NCBI GenBank assembly: GCA_030167145.1
Contig: CP126532.1
Coordinates: 900,001 to 932,000 of the forward strand
Source of the DNA: Ktedonobacterales bacterium
GTDB lineage: Bacteria > Chloroflexota > Ktedonobacteria > Ktedonobacterales > JADMIN01
DNA length: 32,000 nucleotides
Reading direction: 5' to 3'
The first letter of the stretch is position 1. Every line of letters starts with the position of its first letter. The notes below the pieces were generated by a model, which was given only the letters and a program-made list of their open reading frames with translations, made no database searches and was not told where the DNA came from. A program made the translations under genes and the position numbers. Shown piece after piece: positions 7,766 to 16,230 of the stretch.

Positions 7766-8969
7766 GGCGAAACACGATAGCGAACGACTGAAGCGCTGGC
7801 GGTTGGTGCTGGGTGGCGCTTCCGCCGAGGGATTGGGCATGAGCGGCGGTGGGGGGCGTGGCGGAGGCGGCAGCGACGGTATGCCCGGTCTCAGCGCCGA
7901 GGAAGCGGCGATGGATGACGCGCTGGCCGCGCTCTACGACGAAGAGCGCTCCGCCGGGCTGGGCGGCTCGTCGCCACGTGTGGCGCGCTGGCTAGGCGAC
8001 ATCCGCCAGTATTTTCCCACGTCGGCCGTCCGGGTAATGCAAAAAGACGCGCTGGAACGCCTGAACCTGACGCAGATGCTGATGGAGCCGGAGCTTTTGC
8101 AGACCGTCGAGGCCGATGTGCATCTGGTCGCCACGCTGCTCTCGCTCAGCAAGGTCATGCCCGATAAGACCAAGGATACGGCACGGCAGGTGGTCCGCAA
8201 GGTAGTCGAAGAGTTGGAGCGCAAGCTCGCTAATCCGCTGCTGCAGGCGGTGCGCGGCAGCCTGAACCGCGCCACGCGCACCAGCCGCCCCCGTGCGGGC
8301 GAGATAGACTGGGATCGCACCATCCGCGCAAACCTGAAGAACTATCTGCCCGACCGCCAAACGATCATCGCCGAAAAGCTCGTCGGCTACGGCCACAAGC
8401 GGTCCTCGCTGCGTGATGTGGTGCTCTGCGTGGACCAGAGTGGCTCGATGGCGACCTCGGTGGTCTATTCCGGTATCTTCGGCGCGGTGCTGGCCTCGAT
8501 CCGCGCTATCGCGACGCGCATGGTGGTCTTCGATACCGCCGTGGTGGACCTGACGGACGACCTGCACGATCCCGTGGATCTGCTCTTCGGCACGCAGCTT
8601 GGCGGCGGCACCGACATCAATCGCGCCCTGGCTTATTGCCAGCAGATTATCACCCGTCCGGCGCAGACGATTCTGGTGCTGATCACTGATCTCTATGAAG
8701 GCGGCAACGAGAAAGAGATGCTCAAGCGCGCGGCGGACCTGATCGGTGGTGGGGTGAAGATGGTCTGCTTGCTGGCGCTGAACGACCAGGGCACGCCGAG
8801 CTTCGATTCAGGCAATGCTGCCAAGCTGGCGAACATGGGCTGCGCAACCTTCTCCTGCACGCCGGATCTGTTCCCCGACCTGATGGCCGCCGCCATCCAG
8901 CGCCGCGACCTGGCGCTGTGGGCCGCGCACAACGACATCGTCACCGTGCGGGCCGGAGAAGACGCATGA
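7749..8969 (+). CDS. VWA domain protein (CoxE-like VWA type, YehP-like)
   Basis: The ATG overlaps the previous gene by 17 nt and is preceded by GGGGGTG. The N-terminus contains RWRLVLGG and a Gly-rich tract. MIDAS motif VLCVDQSGSM (DxSxS). Confidence 0.85.
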   Translation: MNPATEAKHDSERLKRWRLVLGGASAEGLGMSGGGGRGGGGSDGMPGLSAEEAAMDDALAALYDEERSAGLGGSSPRVARWLGDIRQYFPTSAVRVMQKDALERLNLTQMLMEPELLQTVEADVHLVATLLSLSKVMPDKTKDTARQVVRKVVEELERKLANPLLQAVRGSLNRATRTSRPRAGEIDWDRTIRANLKNYLPDRQTIIAEKLVGYGHKRSSLRDVVLCVDQSGSMATSVVYSGIFGAVLASIRAIATRMVVFDTAVVDLTDDLHDPVDLLFGTQLGGGTDINRALAYCQQIITRPAQTILVLITDLYEGGNEKEMLKRAADLIGGGVKMVCLLALNDQGTPSFDSGNAAKLANMGCATFSCTPDLFPDLMAAAIQRRDLALWAAHNDIVTVRAGEDA

Positions 8970-8974
8970 TCGCG

Positions 8975-9802
8975 TCACTCCGGCCCGCCCACTACGCCGG
9001 CGAAGGTGCGCACCTCCAGCCCTTCACCGCGCAGCCGCGCCACATACGGATTAATGCCGACGCTGGCGCAGGCGATGCGCCCCAGCACCAGAACATTGCC
9101 CGGCACGCCCTCGCTTGCCAGCCGTCGCGCATCCTCATATGCGAAGTCGGCGCAGCAGAGCGTGCCGACGCCATGCGTCAGATAGGCCCGCGCGATGGCG
9201 TAGTCGGGTGGACGCAGGCCGCCCGTGACAACCACGATGCGACCGGGAGGCGCATCCCACGCGCCGTGTACCAGCGCCATCGGCGGTCGCGCGGCAGCGA
9301 ACTCTGGCAGCGCCAGCAGCGCAGCGCGTACACCGGCCACTGTGCCGTCCGACGGGCCGTTCACTGTCTGCTGGATGATGCGCTGCCCGATGGTGGCAAG
9401 TGGCGAGCAGATGCCCACCAGCGGCGTTTCCAGCAGCGCCGCCACGGATGCTGCGGTATCGTAATTCTCGCGAAGTGCTTCGAGGCGCAGCGCCGCCGCG
9501 CCTCCGTCCACCGCCGTCTCGGCGTCATCGGCTGGCACGCCCACTTCGGTCAACTGGCGCAGGTGCAAGTCGCGATAGGTATCCCAGGCTGGCCCAAGTA
9601 AGCCAGGCGGCGTATACGTCACCACGGCGTGAAAGCCAAGCTGCCGCGCCATGAAGAGATCGGCGGCGCTGACATCCACGCCGAGCAGGATCGAGCTGAT
9701 GCGCGTGCCGGAGAAGTAGACGCCGCTATCCGGTGGGACTTCAGTTATGCCCGCCAGTTCCAGCGCCAAATTCAGCAGCCGCTCGGTCGTTACCGCCGCC
9801 AT
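8975..9802 (-). CDS. Conserved hypothetical protein, possibly a divergent Nif3-like fold
   Basis: Trimmed from track ORF 8975-10105 to the ATG at 9802 (MAAVTTERLLNLALELAG), because the upstream part overlaps the GNAT gene. Its layout resembles NIF3: ILLGVDVSAADLFMARQLGFHAVVTY parallels the HHP region, and GRIVVVTGG...TLCCADFAYEDARRLASEG...VLVLGRIACASVG parallels the C-terminal half. The usual His ligands are not evident. Confidence 0.5.
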   Translation of the reverse strand: MAAVTTERLLNLALELAGITEVPPDSGVYFSGTRISSILLGVDVSAADLFMARQLGFHAVVTYTPPGLLGPAWDTYRDLHLRQLTEVGVPADDAETAVDGGAAALRLEALRENYDTAASVAALLETPLVGICSPLATIGQRIIQQTVNGPSDGTVAGVRAALLALPEFAAARPPMALVHGAWDAPPGRIVVVTGGLRPPDYAIARAYLTHGVGTLCCADFAYEDARRLASEGVPGNVLVLGRIACASVGINPYVARLRGEGLEVRTFAGVVGGPE

Positions 9803-9816
9803 GCCGTCCGCTCCCG

Positions 9817-10275
9817 TCAGAAGTCCAGTTCCAGGCCCCGGCTGGGCGTGAATCCCATGTCCAGGTAGAGTGGCCGCCCCATGTCTGAGGCCCAGAGGAC
9901 CAGCCGCAGCACGCCATCGGCCCGCGCCCGTTCGACCAGCAGCCCCATCAGCCGCCGCGCGATGCCCTGCCGCCGGTAGGCGGGCTGTGTATAGACACTG
10001 GATACGAAGCCGCGCTTCCGGGCAAGGTTCTCGAAATTCGGCGGCAGCATCCACCATACCAGCAGCACGCAGGCCACCGCCTCGCCGCCAGCTTCCGCAA
10101 TCCACGCCTGGTGCGCGCCGCGTTCCATCTCTGCTTTGGTGGCCGCGATATAGGCGTGGGTATAGTCTTCCAGGCTCAGGTCGCCGCCCTTGCGCTCGCG
10201 CTCCATCTCCCAGCGCAGCCGCGCCAGCGCCGCAGTGTCGGCTACCGTCGCCTCACGAAATGTGATCGTCGCCAT
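9817..10275 (-). CDS. GNAT family N-acetyltransferase
   Basis: 152 aa with the acetyl-CoA binding motif RRQGIARRLMGLLVERARADG and a typical GNAT length and beta-bulge region. Confidence 0.85.
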   Translation of the reverse strand: MATITFREATVADTAALARLRWEMERERKGGDLSLEDYTHAYIAATKAEMERGAHQAWIAEAGGEAVACVLLVWWMLPPNFENLARKRGFVSSVYTQPAYRRQGIARRLMGLLVERARADGVLRLVLWASDMGRPLYLDMGFTPSRGLELDF

Positions 10276-10303
10276 GTGTTCGCTCTATCGCTCTATCTGG
10301 GTA

Positions 10304-11881
10304 CTATGCCTTGCTGACGATCAGCGATTTGCCGCTCATCGTCGCAGGCTGGGGGATGTTGAGCAATTGCAGCATCGTCGGTGCGACATCGGCCAGGATG
10401 CCGTCGTGCCGGAGCGCCGCGCTCTGCCACTGCGGCACGACGAAGTAGAACGGCACCGGATTCGTCGTATGCGCGGTCAGCGGTTTGCCGGTATCGTACT
10501 CGATCATCTGCTCGGCGTTGCCGTGGTCGGCGGTGATCAGCGCCGCGCCGCCCCTGGCCAGCGCTGCCTCCACCACGCGCCCGACGCCCGCGTCCACCGC
10601 CTCGACGGCCTTGATCGCGGCTTCCAGCACGCCGGTATGCCCGACCATATCGGCATTGGCGTAGTTCATGACCACCACGTCATAGATGCCGCTCTCGATG
10701 CGCCGCACCGCCTCATCGGTCAATTCTACCGAACTCATCTCTGGCTTCAGGTCGTAGGTCGGCACCTTCGGCGATGGCACCAGCAGCCGATCCTCACCAG
10801 CGAATGGCGCCTCGCGGCCGCCGTTGAAGAAGAAGGTCACGTGGGCGTACTTCTCGGTTTCGGCGGTATGGAACTGCTTCATGCCGTGGTCGGCGAGAAT
10901 CCTGGCGATGGGCCGATCCACATTATCCGCCGGAAACGCGACATCCACCGGCAGCCCCGTCTCGTACTCGGTCATCGTGACGAAGACCAGATCATACAGC
11001 CGTGGACCACGCGCAAACTTGCCTTCGGCCTGATGCGGCATCTCTGGCAGCGCGAACGCCTTGGTCAACTCGCGACCACGGTCGGAGCGGAAGTTGTAGT
11101 AAATGACGCTGTCGCCCGCCTCCACCGTCGCCACCGGCAGATCTCCGTCCATTAGCACCACTGGCTCGATGAACTCGTCCGTTACCTTGTGGTCGTAGGA
11201 GTCGCCAATGGCTTTCACTGGATTCTCTGCCCGCACGCCTTCGCCGCGCGTCATCGCCCAGTAGACCCTGGCGATGCGCTCCCAGCGGTTGTCGCGGTCC
11301 ATCGCGTAGTAGCGCCCGGAGATGGTCGCCACCCGCGCGGGATGGTCCGGGTTGATCTCCGCCGCACGTGCCAGCAGTTCGGTCATATACTCCTTCGCGC
11401 CGGTCGGCGAGGTGTCACGGCCATCGGTGAAGGCGTGAATGTAGACCTGTTCGATCTCATGGTTCGCCGCCAGCCGCAGCAGCGCCTCCAGATGGCTCTG
11501 GTGAGCATGGACGCCGCCCGGCCCCAGTAGGCCGCAGAAATGCAGCTTGCTGCCGTTGCGCTTCACGTGTTCGATGGCTTTCAGCAGCGCCGGATTCTCG
11601 AAGAATGTGCCGTCGTGGATTGCCGCCGTGACCCGCGTATACTCTTGCAGCACGCGCTTGCCCGCGCCGATGTTGAGATGTCCAACCTCGGAGTTGCCCA
11701 TCTGCCCCTCTGGCAGCCCCACCGCCGGCCCTGATGTCTGAAGCTGTGTGTGCGGCCAGTCACGCGCGATGCGGTCCAGATGCGGCTTGCGCGCCAGGGC
11801 AATGGCGTTCGCGTCGCTGCGCGGGTTGATACCATAGCCATCCATCACAATAAGCACCAGCGGGCGAGGCACGACGGGCAT
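10304..11881 (-). CDS. gpmI: 2,3-bisphosphoglycerate-independent phosphoglycerate mutase
   Basis: Trimmed from ORF 10304-12379 to the ATG at 11881, which is preceded by AAGGAG. Diagnostic sequence MPVVPRPLVLIVMDGYGINPR...GQMGNSEVGHLNIGAGKRV...ITADHGNAE. Confidence 0.95.
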   Translation of the reverse strand: MPVVPRPLVLIVMDGYGINPRSDANAIALARKPHLDRIARDWPHTQLQTSGPAVGLPEGQMGNSEVGHLNIGAGKRVLQEYTRVTAAIHDGTFFENPALLKAIEHVKRNGSKLHFCGLLGPGGVHAHQSHLEALLRLAANHEIEQVYIHAFTDGRDTSPTGAKEYMTELLARAAEINPDHPARVATISGRYYAMDRDNRWERIARVYWAMTRGEGVRAENPVKAIGDSYDHKVTDEFIEPVVLMDGDLPVATVEAGDSVIYYNFRSDRGRELTKAFALPEMPHQAEGKFARGPRLYDLVFVTMTEYETGLPVDVAFPADNVDRPIARILADHGMKQFHTAETEKYAHVTFFFNGGREAPFAGEDRLLVPSPKVPTYDLKPEMSSVELTDEAVRRIESGIYDVVVMNYANADMVGHTGVLEAAIKAVEAVDAGVGRVVEAALARGGAALITADHGNAEQMIEYDTGKPLTAHTTNPVPFYFVVPQWQSAALRHDGILADVAPTMLQLLNIPQPATMSGKSLIVSKA

Positions 11882-12024
11882 GATGTCAACCGCTCCTTTA
11901 TGGGAAATGATGGGAAATCTTTCGGGAATGCGCCTGTGGAATAGTGGTCCGAAATGGAAACGCGAGTGTGGCGTGCGACGACGCTGCTCACCGCGCACAT
12001 ATCCCGCAGTATAGCATAGCGGCG

Positions 12025-12690
12025 CTAGCGCTTCTCGCGCTCGCGCATCGCGGTGATCTGCTCTTGGGTCAGTGGCTTCTGGCCGACGTGCGCGAGCCTG
12101 CCGTGCAGCCAGAAGTAGCCCGCGCCCAGCGCCACCAGGATCAGGATAGCGGGAATAGTGTACTCTTCGATGAAGTGGAGCGCGACGGTGTAATTTCTGC
12201 CGAAGATGTGGCCCAGTGTCACCATCACCACGCACCAGAGCAGCGAACCGAGGAAGCTCGCCGTTAGGAAGGCCGTGCGCGGGAAGCGCAGCATACCCGC
12301 GGGGAACGAGGCCACCGTCCGCACGAAAGGTGTGATGCGCGAGAGAAAGATCGCCACGATGCCTGACCGCGCGAACCACGCCTCGACGCCATCCAGCCGC
12401 TGTTCGTTCAGCCCGAAGCGGCGTCCGAAGCGCAGTACCGCCGCGCGCCCGCCGCGCAGGCCGATGAGATATGCCGTGAGCGCGCCCGCCAGACTGCCCA
12501 GTGTCGCCAGCAGCACCAGCAGCACCGGCGACAGGCTTGCCCCCGCCTGGGCCGTCAGTGAGCCAGCCAGCAGTAATATGAGTTCATTCGGCAGTGGCAA
12601 ACCTGTGCTTTCGACCGCCAGCCACACAAACACGAACAGATAGGTCAGTATCGGCGGAATCGTCGCCAGTCCGCTCAGCAGATGCGTCAT
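12025..12690 (-). CDS. DedA/VTT-domain family membrane protein
   Basis: Multi-pass membrane protein with LAVESTGLPLPNELILLLAGSL and FLSRITPFVRT motifs. The ATG at 12690 (GGAG 8 nt upstream) is preferred over the GTG at 12711. Confidence 0.85.
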   Translation of the reverse strand: MTHLLSGLATIPPILTYLFVFVWLAVESTGLPLPNELILLLAGSLTAQAGASLSPVLLVLLATLGSLAGALTAYLIGLRGGRAAVLRFGRRFGLNEQRLDGVEAWFARSGIVAIFLSRITPFVRTVASFPAGMLRFPRTAFLTASFLGSLLWCVVMVTLGHIFGRNYTVALHFIEEYTIPAILILVALGAGYFWLHGRLAHVGQKPLTQEQITAMREREKR

Positions 12691-12762
12691 GAAATTGGCT
12701 CCAACACTCACTACCCTCTTCGCTGCATAGTGTAGCAGATTCCGGCATCTTGCCCGCGATTT

Positions 12763-13953
12763 CTATGACCGTCGCGACGCGGGGGCGAGGTGAGCGCATT
12801 GGCATTCAGCGCAGCGCTTCTCGCGGCACCAGCGGCTCCAGAGGTCGTGCAGGCCAAGCTGCGCCGCCGCGCCCGCCGGGAGCCGCGCAAGCCCAATCTG
12901 CCGCGACATCAGCCGGGTGATCGTATTCGACGGCAAGCCGGGCAACGCCAGATACACTGCCTGCGCCCGCGCTGCCAGTGCGGCATCCTCGCGCGTGTTC
13001 GCATATGCAGCCGCGAAAGGTAGCGAGACATTCGCCGCCACAATCCGCGCCCGCCCCGCCGAAACCTCACCACCATGTACGCGCAGCAACTCGACTAGTT
13101 CCATTCCCGCCTGCTGGGGTGAACCGCGTGCCAGCGCCGAGCGCAGCGGCAACCACGGCCCCGTGCGCCGCCAGCGCGTATGCAGTCGCAGCAGTCCCAG
13201 CAGTCGCGCGCGCTCCACCCGTGGCAGCCGTTCGACCTCGGCCAGCAGCGCATCGGCTGGTTGGCCCGCCGCGAGTTGCTCACCAGCCTGGCGTAACGCC
13301 TCGCGGTCGCGGCCATAGGCCAGCGCCTCGGCCAGGGCAACGAAGAGCGCGCGATCTACCGCTGTCCACTCGCCCGGTTCATATCCTACGCGCGACCACT
13401 GCTCTAGCGCCTGAGCGTAGACCGCCGCGCGCTCGGTGAAGCGTCGCAGACCAGCCTGGATGAGCAGCGACTTTACTTCATTGCCGCCACAGCGCTGCGC
13501 CAGCCGCGCGCACGGCCACGCCTGAGGAGCGTGGCCCGCACTGGACGCGGCATCGAGTGCGACCGTCGCCGCGATGCCGCCACTCGCCAGCGGCGTCGGC
13601 GACGCGAAATCTCCTCCATGCGCCGGGTGTTCGGAGCGCACCAGCACATGCAGCACGACATTGTTGTAGCGTGGGTCGCGGTCGTGACCGTGCTGCCGCC
13701 AGCCACTGGCGCGCAGGTGCAGCTCGATATCGCCATAGAGCCGCGTGCCGTCGGCCCCGAGCAGCACGGCGTCGCGAAAGTCGGGGCCAGCGGGACCTCC
13801 CGCGCGCCCTTCGTAGACCAGCGTATAGCTCGCGCCCGTCGCGGCGCGCAGCAGCACGCCACGCCACGCGCCCGACGCCCAGCGCGCCGCGTATTCAGCC
13901 TCGCGCTCACGCACCATGCACCATTGTGCTCGCTGGCTCATCGCCACGGTCAT
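12763..13953 (-). CDS. DUF2851 family protein
   Basis: YTLVYEGRAGGPAGPDFRDAVLL...GDIELHLRASGWRQHGHDRDPRYNNVVLHVL matches my recollection of the DUF2851 core. Start is at ATG 13953; ATG 13941 is also possible. Confidence 0.7.
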   Translation of the reverse strand: MTVAMSQRAQWCMVREREAEYAARWASGAWRGVLLRAATGASYTLVYEGRAGGPAGPDFRDAVLLGADGTRLYGDIELHLRASGWRQHGHDRDPRYNNVVLHVLVRSEHPAHGGDFASPTPLASGGIAATVALDAASSAGHAPQAWPCARLAQRCGGNEVKSLLIQAGLRRFTERAAVYAQALEQWSRVGYEPGEWTAVDRALFVALAEALAYGRDREALRQAGEQLAAGQPADALLAEVERLPRVERARLLGLLRLHTRWRRTGPWLPLRSALARGSPQQAGMELVELLRVHGGEVSAGRARIVAANVSLPFAAAYANTREDAALAARAQAVYLALPGLPSNTITRLMSRQIGLARLPAGAAAQLGLHDLWSRWCREKRCAECQCAHLAPASRRS

Positions 13954-14097
13954 CAGATTTCTCTTGCCGCCGGTGGTATAGACTACGCATAGAATATTCA
14001 AGTAGATACGCTGCCCGCGCGAAAAGCGGAAAATCAGTTTCCGAAGGTACCACTGCGCGACGGCTGTGGGGGGAAGATCGAAAGGTTGGGGTATCGC

Positions 14098-14949
14098 ATG
14101 CGGCAACGCGACGTGGCTGGATCAGGCAAGGCGCACCGGATCGAGGCGGAGGCAGCCGCGTTGCGCGATCTCGGCATTCTGCCGGGCAATGACGCGCCAC
14201 CGTTCGACATCGTTGGTGACGTGCATGGCTGTAATGACGAACTGCGCGCGCTGCTCGACCTGCTCGGTTACGAACCACATGGCGCGGGCTATCGCCACCC
14301 CGATGGGCGGAGGCTGGTCTTCGTCGGTGATCTGGTGGACCGTGGACCAGATAGCGCTGCGGTATTGCGTACTGCGCTGGCGATGCGTGCGACGGGCGAC
14401 GCGCTGGCGGTGATGGGCAACCACGACGACAAGTTTCTGCGCTGGCTGGATGGCCACAGTGTGCGTATCGCCCATGGCCTGGAGCAGACGATTCAGCAAC
14501 TTACAGCCCAGCCAGATGCCGCGCGCCTGCGGGAGGAGGTCACGACGCTGTTCGAGTCCACGCCCGGCTATCTGATTCTGGATGGTGGAAACCTCGTCGT
14601 GACGCACGGCGCGATCTACGATGACCTGATCGGCGTGTGGAGTCCGCGCGTCAAGAGTCTTGGCCTCTACAGCGATGTGATCGGCATGACTCCCGATGGG
14701 CGCCCCATGCGGCGCGATTGGGGCGCTGAGCGCGACCTCGACGGGCCGGAGCAGCGTCCCTACATCGTCTACGGTCACAATCCTGTCTCTGAGCCACGCT
14801 GGGTCAACCGCACCCTCGACCTGGATACAGGCTGTGTCTATGGTGGAGCGTTGAGCGCGCTGCGTTATCCTGAGTTGGACCTGGTTCAAGTGCGGGCCGC
14901 GCAGACGTACTACCACCATAAGAGAGGTGGAAAACCAGCTAGCACGTGA
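14098..14949 (+). CDS. Calcineurin-like metallophosphoesterase, PrpE/Ap4A-hydrolase or Pnkp-phosphatase type
   Basis: Motifs FDIVGDVHGC, LVFVGDLVDRGPDS, GNHD and VVTHG. The ATG at 14098 follows a GGTTGGGG purine tract. The track ORF begins at TTG 14086. Confidence 0.85.
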   Translation: MRQRDVAGSGKAHRIEAEAAALRDLGILPGNDAPPFDIVGDVHGCNDELRALLDLLGYEPHGAGYRHPDGRRLVFVGDLVDRGPDSAAVLRTALAMRATGDALAVMGNHDDKFLRWLDGHSVRIAHGLEQTIQQLTAQPDAARLREEVTTLFESTPGYLILDGGNLVVTHGAIYDDLIGVWSPRVKSLGLYSDVIGMTPDGRPMRRDWGAERDLDGPEQRPYIVYGHNPVSEPRWVNRTLDLDTGCVYGGALSALRYPELDLVQVRAAQTYYHHKRGGKPAST

Positions 14950-14950
14950 G

Positions 14951-15820
14951 TTACTTTGCCAGCGATTCGAGAAGATCCAGCGATTGTTCTAAGTCACCGT
15001 TGTTGAGGCGGCGGCAGCCATGCGCGCCCGCCACCATGTGCGCGGCCACACGCGCCACGCCGGAGCGGGGCATCTGGTTGCCAATCGCGGCCTCGAGCAA
15101 CATTCCGGCCATTTCAGCCTGCGAGAGCGACGACAAGAGCGCGGGCTGCGCTGGGTCGCGGCTGACGCACGCGAACGCGGTGGGGCGCAGGCCACGCGGC
15201 GCCCAGGCCAGCGGGCGCGCGAACGTGGTGACGCCGCGGAGTATTTCTACCAGCGGCGAGGCCGCAAGCTGCCTGGTCACTGCGCCCTCAGCGCGAAAAC
15301 AGCGCGGAAACGACGCGAGCGCCAGCGTCTCGGCCTCCACCAGCAGCACATCGTCGCCAAAGGGCTGCCACCCGCGCTGAAGCAGCCCCAGCGTCAGCGT
15401 GCTCTTGCCCGCGCCCGACGCGCCGATCAGCATCAACGTGGCGTCATCGCGCGCCAGCGCGGCGGCGTGGAAGACCGCATGCCGGGTTGAGGCGCTCAGC
15501 CCCGCCGCGATTACGTGCCATTCCAACTGTGTCAGCAGCACCTGCGGGTCGGAGTACGCGCCTACCCACGTGCCATCATCGCGCGTGATGGTCCATTGCC
15601 GCTCGCCGCGCTGGGACATACCGCGCCGCACGAAGAAACATAGCACATCCTCGACGGGAGACAATGGCTCACGGAAGGGACGCAGAATCGCGCTGAGATG
15701 CTCGAAGAGCCTGCGCGATAGTCCCGCCACGATGATCGGCTGGCCAGCTACGCGCACAGTGAGGACGTTTTCGCGGTGGGTTCCTGGTTTTCGGCTGGCT
15801 TCACGTGTGGGACTGGTCAC
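14951..15820 (-). CDS. HprK-related P-loop kinase (HPr kinase C-terminal-like; 'HprK-related kinase A' type)
   Basis: FHAAALARDDATLMLIGASGAGKSTLTLGLLQRGWQPFGDDVLLVE shows the HAA...G-x-SGxGKST pattern of HPr-kinase-like proteins found in RiPP-type clusters. GTG start at 15820, 11 nt after the PqqD stop. Confidence 0.8.
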   Translation of the reverse strand: MTSPTREASRKPGTHRENVLTVRVAGQPIIVAGLSRRLFEHLSAILRPFREPLSPVEDVLCFFVRRGMSQRGERQWTITRDDGTWVGAYSDPQVLLTQLEWHVIAAGLSASTRHAVFHAAALARDDATLMLIGASGAGKSTLTLGLLQRGWQPFGDDVLLVEAETLALASFPRCFRAEGAVTRQLAASPLVEILRGVTTFARPLAWAPRGLRPTAFACVSRDPAQPALLSSLSQAEMAGMLLEAAIGNQMPRSGVARVAAHMVAGAHGCRRLNNGDLEQSLDLLESLAK

Positions 15821-15831
15821 AGATGTTCTCG

Positions 15832-16128
15832 CTATCCCTGCGCGTTGCTTGGCGCTGACAGCGCCAGCAGCAGGCCAGTGCGGTCCAGTGTGTCGAGGAG
15901 TTCATGGGTCACGGCGCGCATGTCGGGGTCATCTGGCTGCAATGCTGCCATCTCTTCCGCAATCTGCTCGCCAGTCAGTGTGCCATCGCAGTAGTCCCAG
16001 ACCAGCGACCCCGCCGTATTCAGCACATGTCCCATATTCGTCACCGGGTCGAAGAGCAGGCTGGTGCCGTCGGGCAAGATGTGCGTTTCGACATCGGGGC
16101 GGCGCGTTGGGTAGGCTGCATACGGCAT
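15832..16128 (-). CDS. PqqD-family protein (RRE-type peptide chaperone)
   Basis: The ATG at 16128 is preceded by GAAGGAG. The 98-aa product contains THILPDGTSLLFDPVTNMGHVLNTAGSLVWDYCDGTLTGEQIAEEMAAL...LLDTLDRTGLL, the typical PqqD winged-helix pattern. Confidence 0.8.
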   Translation of the reverse strand: MPYAAYPTRRPDVETHILPDGTSLLFDPVTNMGHVLNTAGSLVWDYCDGTLTGEQIAEEMAALQPDDPDMRAVTHELLDTLDRTGLLLALSAPSNAQG

Positions 16129-16147
16129 AGCGACTCCTTCTGGGCCA

Positions 16148-16180
16148 GACAAAACAGGAGACGGCGCAGAGCGCCGTCCC
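16148..16180 (-). terminator. Intrinsic terminator-like hairpin between Tat paralog A and the PqqD gene
   Basis: On the minus strand the sequence reads gacggcgc-tct-gcgccgtc (8-bp GC-rich stem, 16160-16178) followed by tcctgttttgtct. It lies 52 nt downstream of the paralog A stop and about 20 nt upstream of the PqqD SD sequence. Confidence 0.5.
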
Positions 16181-16230
16181 CAGTGTCGCACATCACCCGT
16201 TGCGTTCAGCCATGGTGTAGTGAAAGTGGC

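Noticed and set aside
10281-10296. Tandem 8-mer cgctctat x2 just upstream of the GNAT start, superficially similar to the ctatct core of the 17-bp repeat
   Set aside because: There are only two copies of 8 nt, and similarity to the 111-191 unit is limited to 5-6 nt, which is within chance expectation.
11882-11930. Direct repeat atgggaaat at 11900-11908 and 11910-11918, with a degenerate third copy at 11922-11930, in the gpmI 5' leader next to its SD
   Set aside because: It is short, there is a single locus, and no complementary partner or known riboswitch or leader motif was recognised. It is probably incidental or a minor operator.
10304-12379. Upstream extensions of track ORFs (10304-12379, 8975-10105, 23566-25848, 25225-27795, 2729-3835, 20310-21113, 29540-31072)
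   Set aside because: The extensions overlap neighbouring genes or intergenic promoters, and their sequence is Arg-rich junk. In each case an internal start with a good SD coincides with the conserved N-terminus of the recognised family.
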